This document shows positions 26,097-35,678 of a stretch of 64,000 nucleotides of DNA, piece after piece. A model generated the notes under the pieces. It worked only from the letters and a program-made list of their open reading frames with translations. It made no database searches and was not told the origin of the DNA. Origin of the DNA: a virus; the IMG/VR virus record IMGVR_UViG_3300045988_074170, one strand, 5' to 3'. Made by a program: the position numbers and the translations under genes. Positions within the stretch are counted from its first letter, which is position 1. Every line of letters starts with the position of its first letter.

Positions 26097-26294
26097 TTAT
26101 TTTTTGCCGGAATGACCAAATCCACCCGCACCTCTCTCAGTGTCAGTGAGTTCTTCGACTGAAGAAACTTCGACAACTTCCTCGACTTTTGCATACGGAG
26201 CAAAGACGATTTGGGCAATTCTGTCACCATTCTCGATTGTTTGTGGTTCTGTCGACAGGTTAATCAACGGAACACCTACTTCCCCACGATAATC
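26097..26294 (-). CDS. dut: dUTPase, exon 2 (motif 3 second half, motifs 4-5)
   Basis: [21 protein letters not shown] and [11 protein letters not shown] are dUTPase motifs 3b, 4 and 5. Confidence 0.8.
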   Translation of the reverse strand, partial: DYRGEVGVPLINLSTEPQTIENGDRIAQIVFAPYAKVEEVVEVSSVEELTDTERGAGGFGHSGKK

Positions 26295-27164
26295 CATTTA
26301 ATTTTGGAGATTGTTAATCTAACAGGCTCTTTATCCTGCTATTTCTTTGCTTTATTTTGTTATATGCAAAGTTCAGACTATATCTTCACTTTCTTTTGAA
26401 AGGCAGGACACTCGTGTCAGCATTACTGTCCTCAACCTTACTTGTTTGGACTCGGCTGTTAGTCGTTGAACCTTCAAGAACATTACTGTTCATGCTTGGC
26501 TGCTGATTGCCCACTTCTGGGTTTTCCAGCAATTCACCCTGTTTTAAGACGCCAATTATTCTGCCTGTTTTATTGTCTCTAATAATTGTCTTTTCAAAAT
26601 TATGAATTGTCGTATGCTCTCCGCGAGTTAAAACTTCAAGATTTTCTAATCGATTGTCAGTCTTATCTTCATTTATATGATGAACATCGTAACAATCTTT
26701 CAAAACTATCCAGCCACATATATTTTCAAACAGTTCTTTAGAAAACTTGTCATAGTTTCTTTCAATGATTAATCTGTGTTTCAATATATAAGTTGCCTTC
26801 CCTCTATCTCGAATTTTACCACCTTTAGGATGTCCAGGAACATTTTCCATTATATAACCTGCTGAATTTATCTTTTCATCATGCTTATAGGAACTATTCA
26901 ACTCCCCTGTCAATCCAAACTGATGGTTCCCCTCACCCGTCATATATCTTGAACGTAAAATCTTTCCACATTCTTTTGAGCATGAAACTCCATGAATTTG
27001 ACGTTTAAGTCTTGACGGCTTTACCCACATTTTAACTCCACAAATTGAACATTGACAATTTGGTTCTCTATCAAATTTTCCCATACCATTTATATTTATC
27101 GGCACAAAGTTAGTCAACTTTAATAAAGAACCATAGACTCTTATCAAGCAGTCATTAAAAGTCC
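26295..27164 (-). mobile_element. Group I intron (870 nt) carrying an HNH endonuclease ORF, inserted in dUTPase motif 3
   Basis: Joining ...ACG ATA GAC GCT | GAT TAT CGT... restores GTIDADYRGE. The exon ends in U and the intron ends in G. AAGATATAGTC (26386-26376) matches the group I S element. GTTCAACGACTAACA (26471-26457) resembles the R element (GACUA/UAGUC would form P7). Exon ACGATAGACGCT can pair with intron AGAGTCTATGGT (27141-27130), giving a candidate P1. Confidence 0.65.
26386..27147 (-). CDS. Intron-encoded HNH homing endonuclease
   Basis: CYDVHHINEDKTDNRLENLEVLTRGEHTTIHN is a classic HNH motif, and there is an N-terminal CQCSICG...CSKEC zinc motif. The track start is TTG at 27147. 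The first ATG is at 27084. Confidence 0.8.
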   Translation of the reverse strand: MIRVYGSLLKLTNFVPININGMGKFDREPNCQCSICGVKMWVKPSRLKRQIHGVSCSKECGKILRSRYMTGEGNHQFGLTGELNSSYKHDEKINSAGYIMENVPGHPKGGKIRDRGKATYILKHRLIIERNYDKFSKELFENICGWIVLKDCYDVHHINEDKTDNRLENLEVLTRGEHTTIHNFEKTIIRDNKTGRIIGVLKQGELLENPEVGNQQPSMNSNVLEGSTTNSRVQTSKVEDSNADTSVLPFKRK

Positions 27165-27416
27165 AGCGTCTATCGTTCCGGGAGCATTGATTACGGTCAG
27201 ACCCTGTTTAACAGCGCAACCGCTGCGAGGTCTAACCTGACCCTCGTACCCCTGTTCGATTTCCATGTACAAACCAGTAGGAATGATTTTACGCTCCATA
27301 GGAGCCAACGTGATTGAACCCTCGGGAAGATAAGCACGCAAGTCCATACCCGAACTGTCTGGAGTTTTGTACTCCGGCAGAGCATTTGTGCTCTTGTTTA
27401 CGATTTTTAATTTCAT
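27165..27416 (-). CDS. dut: dUTPase, exon 1 (motifs 1, 2 and the first half of motif 3)
   Basis: SSGMDLRA (motif 1), VRPRSGCAVKQG (motif 2) and NAPGTIDA (motif 3a). If unspliced, the frame stops 6 codons past the junction. Confidence 0.8.
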
Positions 27417-27440
27417 ACTGTAAATGATTAAAATGAAATG

Positions 27441-27932
27441 TTACAACCAATCAAAATTGTTTATAATTGTGATGTCATTATATTTAACGAGAAAATCACC
27501 TTTCGAGCCTCGAATTTTGACTTCCTCCTTAGCAGGATTGTTGCTTACGACCTCCATTATCGTCCCTTTGTACAGGACTTTGGTATCCCTGTAAAGGATG
27601 TACCAACGGTCATAATTTCCCTGAACTCTTCTCTGTTCTTCGTCTTTGTACTGAAACGCTGGAAGACCTTTCTTTCCCCAGAAATTCTTTTCGACGAACT
27701 CCGCCACATTATATCCAGGAGTGAAAATACTGTCGACGTTGAATTTCACACTCAACTCAATAATCTTCAACCGCTTCTTCTTAGCAATATCCGCTGCGAC
27801 TGACGCATACGTTCCATTACGGTATATAGAGGAACGTAATTTGTGAGTCAGATACTCCAATTGAAGCCGTGTCAAAAACTGTCTGTGGCGCAGTCCTTTG
27901 TCCTCACAGGTTTCTTCTCTTACTTTGTCCAT
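27441..27932 (-). CDS. Hypothetical protein
   Basis: 163 aa ORF. No motif recognised. Confidence 0.5.
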   Translation of the reverse strand: MDKVREETCEDKGLRHRQFLTRLQLEYLTHKLRSSIYRNGTYASVAADIAKKKRLKIIELSVKFNVDSIFTPGYNVAEFVEKNFWGKKGLPAFQYKDEEQRRVQGNYDRWYILYRDTKVLYKGTIMEVVSNNPAKEEVKIRGSKGDFLVKYNDITIINNFDWL

Positions 27933-27946
27933 AATTACTCAAATTT

Positions 27947-28657
27947 TTATTTCCATAAATATCCTCGATAAGGCAAACCATCCTCAAGTCTTTTCCTTAA
28001 AGTATGCCCATTCAATTTCAGTTCTCGTTTGATATCAATTATAGTATTCCATTCTTTAATAAATATTCCACCCTTCGAATATTGAAATACTTTTCTACAA
28101 TTATTTTGATACCCAGGTTTTCCCGAATTCGCTTCTGATATTTTTCTTTTTGTTTCTTCTGAATGATGTTTTCCATATAATGGATGATTCTTTCCAGAAA
28201 GTTTATGATTTCCGAAATTCGAATTTAATTCCCCAATTCGTAATTTAGCAGCATCGCTCATTCTTTTCAAAGTCTCATCCGAAAATTTTCTACCTTTCAA
28301 GGCTTTGCTGATTTTAGCAAGTGATTCTTCAGAAAGATTTACTAAACCATCCCCACCATCTGTCGAATTATACCCGTCAATCTTAGTGTTGAACCGCTTT
28401 ATAAGCCTCATTTCAGCGTAGTCAAGTTTCCTCTTGAGAGCATCCTTCGTAGGAGCCTCCACGAACATCACCTCTTCGACCAGGAAGTTCTCCTCACCAT
28501 ACTTTCGTATGGCTCGGTGGAACTTGTGGTCGGAGCCTCGCTGAGAAGAACGAACATGCCGTCTCCAACGACTCCTTATAGAGAGCATCGTTTGCCCGAA
28601 GTACAGTTTCCCAGTGGGCAGACAGGTGACGCAATATATGAAGCCTTTCTGAATCAT
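27947..28657 (-). mobile_element. Free-standing GIY-YIG homing endonuclease gene
   Basis: GFIYCVTCLPTGKLYFGQT, RWRRH, FHRAIRKYG, YNSTDGGDG, and NUMOD3-like GKNHPLYGKHHSEETKRKIS. Confidence 0.85.
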
Positions 28658-29688
28658 AACTTTCCCAAATAAAAATTTAACGGGTCTTCAACATTTTTCA
28701 AAACATCTTCAAGTTCTTCAATTGAAATATTTCCGGGGTCTACTCCTGGAGTTCTAATTGCTGCAACCCAAACTGAATCAAACAAATCCCTCATTCTCAA
28801 GGCTGCTTCTTTACTTTCTTTTATTGTTCCATAGTCGTACAAAAGAATTATATTCTTCACTTTCTTTTTCAAAAGCATATCAATTTGTCCCCGACCAATA
28901 GAATTCCCAAAAGTAAAGCAACATTTCAGCCAATCCTTTTCTGTTAAGTTCAAAAGATTTGAAATTCCTACATAATCAAAAATCCCTTCAACCAAAATAA
29001 CCGTTTCAGTCCTTCCCTCTATCAACTCATCGCAACCCCCTAACAGGTCTTGAAAGTTATTCTCGGAGTTCCTGTAACGTAACACCAAGTCAGCCTCGTG
29101 ACGCTTGTATGCCTCAAGATTTTCTTTGTGCCATTCCTTTGAATACCTACTGCGTGCCCACCACGCCACACACACACCATTGACTTTCATCTTAAAGATG
29201 ATGAAGTTCTTCAACTTCGCTTCCAACGGTGTATTGGTATAGGAAGGCTCGAACTCCGCATAGTGTTCAGGTCGGAACCCACGATTATTCAGGTACTCAT
29301 CATCCACAAGTGGTTTCAGCCGTAACGGAAGAGTAACAGGCTTTAATTCCTCTTCCTGTACCTGTTCCGCATCACCCTCCATCCACTTCGATGTCTCCCC
29401 CTGAATATCACCTATCTTCGGACAGTTCTCAAGTTCATTCGGCTTGACTGTATAGGAGCGTTTCGCGAGGTCTGTTCTACCAAGTTTCTTGAGGAACTCA
29501 TAGACGGACACTTTACGAGGACACTTCCAACAGTGGAACGTTGCCACGCCATTCATGTTGAAGATGATACCCCACTTCCCTGCTTTTCCGCAGAAAGGAC
29601 AGTCCATATCCTTATTCGTGAGCCACCCCTGTGAACCAAATGGCGTGAGATTAAAATCAGCGATTATCTGTTCCTTATCGTACCGCAT
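28654..29688 (-). CDS. DnaG-like DNA primase (zinc finger + TOPRIM)
   Basis: CPFCGK...FHCWKC zinc ribbon, ILVEGIFDYV (TOPRIM Glu) and LLYDYG (DxD-like). The ATG at 29688 is used because the track start at 29748 overlaps the helicase gene by 53 nt. Confidence 0.7.
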   Translation of the reverse strand: MRYDKEQIIADFNLTPFGSQGWLTNKDMDCPFCGKAGKWGIIFNMNGVATFHCWKCPRKVSVYEFLKKLGRTDLAKRSYTVKPNELENCPKIGDIQGETSKWMEGDAEQVQEEELKPVTLPLRLKPLVDDEYLNNRGFRPEHYAEFEPSYTNTPLEAKLKNFIIFKMKVNGVCVAWWARSRYSKEWHKENLEAYKRHEADLVLRYRNSENNFQDLLGGCDELIEGRTETVILVEGIFDYVGISNLLNLTEKDWLKCCFTFGNSIGRGQIDMLLKKKVKNIILLYDYGTIKESKEAALRMRDLFDSVWVAAIRTPGVDPGNISIEELEDVLKNVEDPLNFYLGKL

Positions 29689-29695
29689 AACGAAA

Positions 29696-31339
29696 TTATT
29701 TCTTGCGAGGTACAGGCTTCCTCGTTGTCTTCGGAGTTTCCTGCACACCCTTGTTTGCTAAATATTCCTTGAGCGACTGTTTAGTCTGTCGCTTATTCAA
29801 CGTCTCTTGTGGCTCCTGCGCAGCCGTTTCACCCTCGCCAACTACCTTTGTTCCGTACACTCCTGGTGCTATCTCTACTCGCTCCTTCTTCTCCCCAACG
29901 GCTGCTTCTCCGTTACCTTTACGGCTGCGACGGCTCTCAAGCCTGTCAAGAGCCGACATATCCAACACCTGCTCAACGATTGTTGAACGTGATATATCGT
30001 AGAAGAAGCCGTTCTCGTAATTAGTAGGGATTCGAATGATGATACCATTGTTTCGGTAGTTTCGTAACTTATCACAATAGATACGAGCCATGTTCTGTTT
30101 GCCCTCTTCAATTGTAATGTTACCTGTAAACACGAACGAGAATGGCTTGATAAGTGTGCGGTCACCCTCTGTATTCTGGCGAGTGATTACCCGTGTCGGG
30201 TCGTTCCATACTTCAATAGGAACGTCTCCCGTCTGGGTCGCTGTAATTACGGCACAGTCGTATTTCTTCGCGATATCCTTTAATCGCTGGGCACACTTCT
30301 GTAACCTGTATTTGATGAAGTTCGGGTCGAAGTCAATCTTCTTATTTTCTCCTGTCAATAACAGGTCAATAGAGTCGACTGTGACCAAGTCAGGATAATA
30401 CCCATACTCTTTTTTATAGTCCTCTATCGCAGCCACCAAGTCGGCTATCGTCATGTCCATCATCTCTTCAGAAGCGTACACGTCAATATCACTGTTCACC
30501 GTTTGCGCCCTCTTGATGAGTGCGGAGATACGTTGTCGGGTCTCATCGCTGACATCACCCCTCATGATTTTCGCATAGGTAGTGTTCGCCAACATTTGGT
30601 CAAACTTAACAACCGCCTCATCACGACCACCCTCTAACTGAAAGTGAAGACAATGATTGTGGGCGATTGATGTATTGTACCAAGAGAAGTATTTAAGAGC
30701 CGTGGATTTACCAACACCGGAACGCATGATGAGTAAGACGGTATCCTGGCGAGGAATTCCCCCATCAGTAATTTCGTCAATCGTTGATATTCCTGTCGGT
30801 ATCTTTGCCCGACGTGTTTCATCCTCGGCTTTCATTTGTGCCGTTCCTATGTTCCGATAGAAATCCCTGTACACCCGTACAAACTTCCCTCGGAACTTGT
30901 CTAAGGAAAAAGCGTTTATTTCCGCCATTCTTTTCTCAAGAAGAAGCATCGCTTCCTCTGGCTTCCCTTCATTATACATATCCGACACTTCGTGCTGAGT
31001 AGCAACAAACGTCTGGCGTCTAATAAAGGTTTCCAATTGCCGTGTCATGGGTTCTACCTCTGGAAGTTTAATTCCCTTGACCTCAGCAATCTTCTTTGAA
31101 ACTTCCTCGTTGTTAGGGAAGGTCATTTCCACCATACCGAATGTCGCCAGATTACCCGTTTTCTTCATCGTATCTGCCAACACTTTCAGCATCGCTTTAC
31201 ACCCTCCCAATTCTCGGGGGAAGTTACTTAAATCAAGATTATCTACCACCAACTCCGCAAACTGTTTATTCGCAAAAGCCAACCTCAACATTTCCTCTAC
31301 AAAGTTAGGTGATAGAATAGCATCAACTTTTTTGCCCAT
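29696..31339 (-). CDS. DnaB-family replicative helicase
   Basis: RecA-like C-terminal domain with Walker A MRSGVGKST and Walker B DLVTVDSIDLL, and an N-terminal helical domain. Adjacent to the primase. Confidence 0.75.
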   Translation of the reverse strand: MGKKVDAILSPNFVEEMLRLAFANKQFAELVVDNLDLSNFPRELGGCKAMLKVLADTMKKTGNLATFGMVEMTFPNNEEVSKKIAEVKGIKLPEVEPMTRQLETFIRRQTFVATQHEVSDMYNEGKPEEAMLLLEKRMAEINAFSLDKFRGKFVRVYRDFYRNIGTAQMKAEDETRRAKIPTGISTIDEITDGGIPRQDTVLLIMRSGVGKSTALKYFSWYNTSIAHNHCLHFQLEGGRDEAVVKFDQMLANTTYAKIMRGDVSDETRQRISALIKRAQTVNSDIDVYASEEMMDMTIADLVAAIEDYKKEYGYYPDLVTVDSIDLLLTGENKKIDFDPNFIKYRLQKCAQRLKDIAKKYDCAVITATQTGDVPIEVWNDPTRVITRQNTEGDRTLIKPFSFVFTGNITIEEGKQNMARIYCDKLRNYRNNGIIIRIPTNYENGFFYDISRSTIVEQVLDMSALDRLESRRSRKGNGEAAVGEKKERVEIAPGVYGTKVVGEGETAAQEPQETLNKRQTKQSLKEYLANKGVQETPKTTRKPVPRKK

Positions 31340-31349
31340 ACTAAATTAT

Positions 31350-33449
31350 TTAAACTGCGTCAATTTTTATCATTACAGTGCTCTCTCGTAACTTGTTAAT
31401 CGCCATGAAAGAGGAAGACACGGTATCATCGTGCCCACTGATACTCTCAAGAGTTCCCTTATCGCTGCGGAACGCAACCGAGTTGAACTCCCCAAACATC
31501 TGGTCAATCTTAGCAGCCGTGTCAGGATGATACGGGCACTTGATTACACCTCTCTCAAATAACGCTGCAAGTGATGCCCACCCTGTTCTCAGGTCTTTCT
31601 TATTCCCGGAAGTCGTCGTGAACGGTGTAATATTCTTGATACCCATCTGAACGCACATATCCGCCAATATACTTTGGAAGCCGTTGTTTTCCACGACTAT
31701 CTCGTTTGGCTTGAACACCCTGTTCAGTAGGTCAATCTTCTGTATCTGTTCATTATGAGATAATCCCTTTTCCCGGAATATGTATAGGAGATAATAATTC
31801 CCCTGGACATCCTTCCCCCAAACTGTATAACAAGTATAGTCGGCTCCCACATTTCCTGAGACAGCGAAGTCACAACCCATGACCACCCTCTGTAACTTGA
31901 TAGGAAACGACTCTATGTTATCAACGAGCCTGACGTTTTCCATCCCGATTGTACTCCTCTTTAATATCTCCCAAGGGAAGATTGTACTGTCGTCGGAAAT
32001 AGGTACGACCAAATACTCACGAGAGAATACGAGCGTCCCCAGAGACGCTTTTTCCTCCATAAGTTTTGCCCACGTAAAACGGTCAGGAGCCAACAGGCGA
32101 CCGTCCGGGAATATGGCTGGGTACTCAAAGACACGGAACTTTGGGTCTTTCTTTAATTCGGCATACAAGTCCTCTTGCTGATACGGTGTACCATCAACGA
32201 TGTTATATCCATACGGCTCAACGATAGGCGTGATAGCACCTTTAAACAGGTCTCTCAACTTCTCACGCTGTTCCAATGAATAGATACTACTCTCATCTGG
32301 TAAGTCATCGCTGACCGCTGCCCCCACGTGAAGACCACGAATAAACCCGTCCTTTCCACGGAGGTGAAGTTTCGTTCCGTTCTCACATTCAATACTTGTC
32401 GCTGCCAGTGAAGCCTTTCCAGTAGGGTTCAGTTTTGCTGCCAAAGCCTCATTCACACGGATTTCCTCAACCACCTTGTCAATGTGCTGTTTACCCAGTT
32501 TTTCCGTGTTCGTAATAATACAGGTTTCCTGGCGATTTTTATTGTCAGGAATATCAGGTCGCATAAACGTCGGACGTCGGTAACTGTATAATCTCCACAG
32601 CGGGAACGCCATACAGAACTCGTAGGAATTGTGAACGACTGTACCATCCTCTAACTGAAACAGATGGTCACCATCGCACATAAACCCGTAATAAGACTCT
32701 TCCCCAATAGGTTCAACCGTTATATTCCCACGCTCGAATACAGGCTTATCGTAAGAGAACACCCTGTACCCCTGGAACCGTCTTTGCTTCTTGACAGGAT
32801 ATTTCAGGAATTGTCCCATTTCTATTTCGACATACTTCTTCCGCTTCGTGTCAAAGAGGCACATCGTGTGCGCTCGGTTCACGGCATACGGCATACCATT
32901 CTCCTGCTCAACCCTGAACATCTGGGCACGACCGATATGTCGTGTCAGAACCTTTCGGGGAGTGAAGTCTAATCCCATCACTTCCATTCCAGGATAGATG
33001 TCCTCTATATTCTTCACGGAAAAGTCAGCCATCAGCACCCGTGTACCTCTCGCAAAGCATTTACCGTGAGAACGAGCAGCAAGATATGCGCTGTTCGGAT
33101 AAAGTTGCACCATGTTTCCCCATTCAAGATTTCTCCAACCCTGACGGAAATTAGGAAGCATAGTTGTCTTGAAATAGTTGTACGACTGAACTTTCAGCGT
33201 CTCATCCATTGACTCTTCCAATTGGTCAATGTAGTTGAGCCGTTCAGTTTCAAGCGTGGTATTTAGGGAAAGAACATTATTCGTCTGAATGAAGATTTCC
33301 GATAACAGTGCATCGACGTCACCACCATAGCCACCAACCAATTGATTGATAGCCACAGGTGGTAACGACTCAAGCACGTTGAACGCAGTAGAGAACACCG
33401 TGTCCAACTGTTTGTACGACAACTTTAAATCTTCATTAAAATGTATCAT
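31350..33449 (-). CDS. terL: Terminase large subunit, interrupted by a mini-intein
   Basis: Spliced Walker A AARSHGK|S, Walker B-like GAAVSDDLPDE, and a C-terminal RNase-H-like nuclease (VMGCDFAVS...ADYTCYTVWG...VVENNG...GHDDTVSS). Confidence 0.75.
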   Translation of the reverse strand: MIHFNEDLKLSYKQLDTVFSTAFNVLESLPPVAINQLVGGYGGDVDALLSEIFIQTNNVLSLNTTLETERLNYIDQLEESMDETLKVQSYNYFKTTMLPNFRQGWRNLEWGNMVQLYPNSAYLAARSHGKCFARGTRVLMADFSVKNIEDIYPGMEVMGLDFTPRKVLTRHIGRAQMFRVEQENGMPYAVNRAHTMCLFDTKRKKYVEIEMGQFLKYPVKKQRRFQGYRVFSYDKPVFERGNITVEPIGEESYYGFMCDGDHLFQLEDGTVVHNSYEFCMAFPLWRLYSYRRPTFMRPDIPDNKNRQETCIITNTEKLGKQHIDKVVEEIRVNEALAAKLNPTGKASLAATSIECENGTKLHLRGKDGFIRGLHVGAAVSDDLPDESSIYSLEQREKLRDLFKGAITPIVEPYGYNIVDGTPYQQEDLYAELKKDPKFRVFEYPAIFPDGRLLAPDRFTWAKLMEEKASLGTLVFSREYLVVPISDDSTIFPWEILKRSTIGMENVRLVDNIESFPIKLQRVVMGCDFAVSGNVGADYTCYTVWGKDVQGNYYLLYIFREKGLSHNEQIQKIDLLNRVFKPNEIVVENNGFQSILADMCVQMGIKNITPFTTTSGNKKDLRTGWASLAALFERGVIKCPYHPDTAAKIDQMFGEFNSVAFRSDKGTLESISGHDDTVSSSFMAINKLRESTVMIKIDAV
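32628..33059 (-). mobile_element. Mini-intein (144 aa, no endonuclease domain) in the terminase Walker A loop
   Basis: HGK|CFARGTRVLMADFS...(144 aa)...LEDGTVVHN|SYEF. Cys1 is TGC at 33059-33057. The terminal HN is followed by Ser. The N-terminal block is Hint-like. Confidence 0.75.
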
Positions 33450-34129
33450 ACCAATTGGAACCTTTCTCTAAATCTTGACTCTTTTCTTGTAGATGAAACT
33501 GCTGCCACAGGTGAAGAACCCCCTGTGCCTCTCATGTGCTCAATGTACTTCAACATGAGTTGAGCGTTTGCTCGGGTATCTACCAGCGCACGGTGGGCAT
33601 CTACCAACTCAACACCCTCCAGTCGGCAGCACGTACCGAGTTTATAATTTTCTTGCTCTACTGCCCGATACCACCCCAATTTCATTGTATCTTCAACAAA
33701 TTTAACATATTCCCATAAATTATCTTGCTGAAACTCAAAGAGTCCTTCGAAAAACGGAATATCGAATAATTGAAAATTGTGTCCACACAAAATTGTGCCC
33801 ACACGGGGATTTTTATACTTCGTCAAAAATGATTTCACGGACTGATAAACATTTTTGACACTTTCCCCATTTTCAGTAAGATGCTTCAATGATAAACCAT
33901 GAACTCTTTCGGCTTCTGGGCTGTATTCTAACCCATCTTTATAAGGTGAAATTATTTCGCTATATTCATCAACTATTTTCAAGTTGACTAAATCAATAGC
34001 AACCAGCGCAACCTCACACAATGGAACATCGAAAAAAGCCTTCTTTTCTGGCTTCCCTTTAGAAGCCTTACAAGGCAACCCTCCTGTTTCGGTATCCGCA
34101 ACTACCATAAAATTTGCAGTCGTTTTCAT
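33446..34129 (-). CDS. DnaQ-like DEDDh 3'-5' exonuclease (candidate proofreading subunit)
   Basis: Exo I VVADTETGG, Exo II LCGHNFQLFDIPFF and Exo III HRALVDTRANAQL. Confidence 0.8.
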   Translation of the reverse strand: MKTTANFMVVADTETGGLPCKASKGKPEKKAFFDVPLCEVALVAIDLVNLKIVDEYSEIISPYKDGLEYSPEAERVHGLSLKHLTENGESVKNVYQSVKSFLTKYKNPRVGTILCGHNFQLFDIPFFEGLFEFQQDNLWEYVKFVEDTMKLGWYRAVEQENYKLGTCCRLEGVELVDAHRALVDTRANAQLMLKYIEHMRGTGGSSPVAAVSSTRKESRFRERFQLV

Positions 34130-34137
34130 ATCAAAAT

Positions 34138-34842
34138 CTATTTTAATTTGTAACTAAATTCAAATCCATCAACACTTATAATCTTCCCCAAACAACAGCG
34201 ATTTATTCTACCAATTCCAATAGAAGTTTCTAAAGCAGCCTGAGTTAAACTATCAAAAGTTTTCAGCAACTTTCCATCTAAATATTGGTAAACTGCTTTC
34301 CTTCCAACTCCAGTCCTACCTTTGAGAGAATCAGAAATATGTTTCCTCTGTTCAAGAGTTCTCTTCTTTCCCCGAAGTTTTTCTGCTCTATTTTCTATTT
34401 CTATTGTGGACTGTTTTCTTCCTCTTAATGGGGAAATACGCTTTTCTATTTCTTCCTCAGATTGTTTCTTGCCTCTATTTCCTGAGCCCATTTTATACAG
34501 AATTTCTTCAGTAAACTCATACCCACTTCGACCACCCGAAGTTGAATTATAACCATTCTTATAGGAATCGTAAAAAGAAATCCAATATTTTTCTCTTTCA
34601 TCCAACCATTTCACGCATTCAACTAAATTTTGAAATGGTTTCTTTTCAAGGCATTCAACAGAAAAAGAATCTTTACCGTATTTTCGAATTGCTCGATAAA
34701 ACTTACAGTCCTTTATTCGTTTCTTTGTTTTAAATGCCGTCCGGATATGCCGATTAAATCTTCGATGATATTCATGAGTAACCTGACCAATATAAACTTT
34801 ATTAGTCTCAGAGCAAGTCACCATATAAATATATCCAGTCAT
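34138..34842 (-). mobile_element. Free-standing GIY-YIG homing endonuclease gene
   Basis: GYIYMVTCSETNKVYIGQV, FYRAIRKYG, YNSTSGGRSG and repeated basic NUMOD3-like modules. Confidence 0.85.
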
Positions 34843-34855
34843 AATCGTCTTTATT

Positions 34856-35245
34856 TTAAGAAATCATAAACTTTAAGTCTTCTAAATCTCGGTCTCTTGT
34901 TTCGATGTCATCGTACACCAGCGTCAAATTGACGACAGGGTTCTTCTCACCCTTTAACCCCAACGGGAAATCGTTCAGCACGATTGTAGGCTCGCCCTCA
35001 ACCGTCATATCGCCTCGGCATTGAATGACATAGAACTTGATAAGAACTTGGTTGGTTCTATCGTGAAACTGAAAGACTTTCGAGTTGAACTTCTTTTCAA
35101 GTTTCTCAATGAACCTCGTGAAAGCCTCAAGAAACTTTTCCTCGGTCTCTGAATTCTCTTCTGATACTGTTAGGAGGTCAGCCAACCGCTTCGCACCAAA
35201 CAGCAAGCAAAGCCTCACGAGAACACCTACTATTCTTTCATCCAT
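34856..35245 (-). CDS. Hypothetical protein
   Basis: 129 aa ORF. Confidence 0.45.
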   Translation of the reverse strand: MDERIVGVLVRLCLLFGAKRLADLLTVSEENSETEEKFLEAFTRFIEKLEKKFNSKVFQFHDRTNQVLIKFYVIQCRGDMTVEGEPTIVLNDFPLGLKGEKNPVVNLTLVYDDIETRDRDLEDLKFMIS

Positions 35246-35267
35246 TTCGGTTACAATTTAATAATTA

Positions 35268-35678
35268 TTACTCGTCTTTACAAACTGAACTTCTCGCTCC
35301 AAATTCGTACTTCGTGTGGCAATCTTCGCAAGTCAGTTCGATGTTACTTTTTACCAGCCTTAACTCGGGATAAGCACCCTTCGATTTGATGTGGCTAAAA
35401 TAAATCGGTTTAAGCGGTTCTAAGAGACGCTTTCCACAATGCGTACAAATGTGAGGACGCTCCGCCCATATTTCCTTAAAGAGAGCCAATTCACCCGTTG
35501 CTGGTCGGAGTTTAGGTTTCTTTGCCTTACTCCTTTCCGCACGTACCTCAAATCGTGACTTCCCGTTGTGAAGCCTTTTATAATTACAGTCATCACACAG
35601 GCACTTGGTTCGGTTCGTGATATACCGATGTTTCCCGCACCCGTTGCATATCTGATATTTTTCAGTCGTCTTCGCCAT
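35268..35678 (-). CDS. NinG/Rap-like zinc-binding recombination nuclease
   Basis: CTHCGKRLLEPLKPIYFSHIKSKGAYPELRLVKSNIELTCEDCH parallels lambda NinG [41 protein letters not shown]. There are also N-terminal CxxC pairs. Confidence 0.45.
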   Translation of the reverse strand: MAKTTEKYQICNGCGKHRYITNRTKCLCDDCNYKRLHNGKSRFEVRAERSKAKKPKLRPATGELALFKEIWAERPHICTHCGKRLLEPLKPIYFSHIKSKGAYPELRLVKSNIELTCEDCHTKYEFGARSSVCKDE

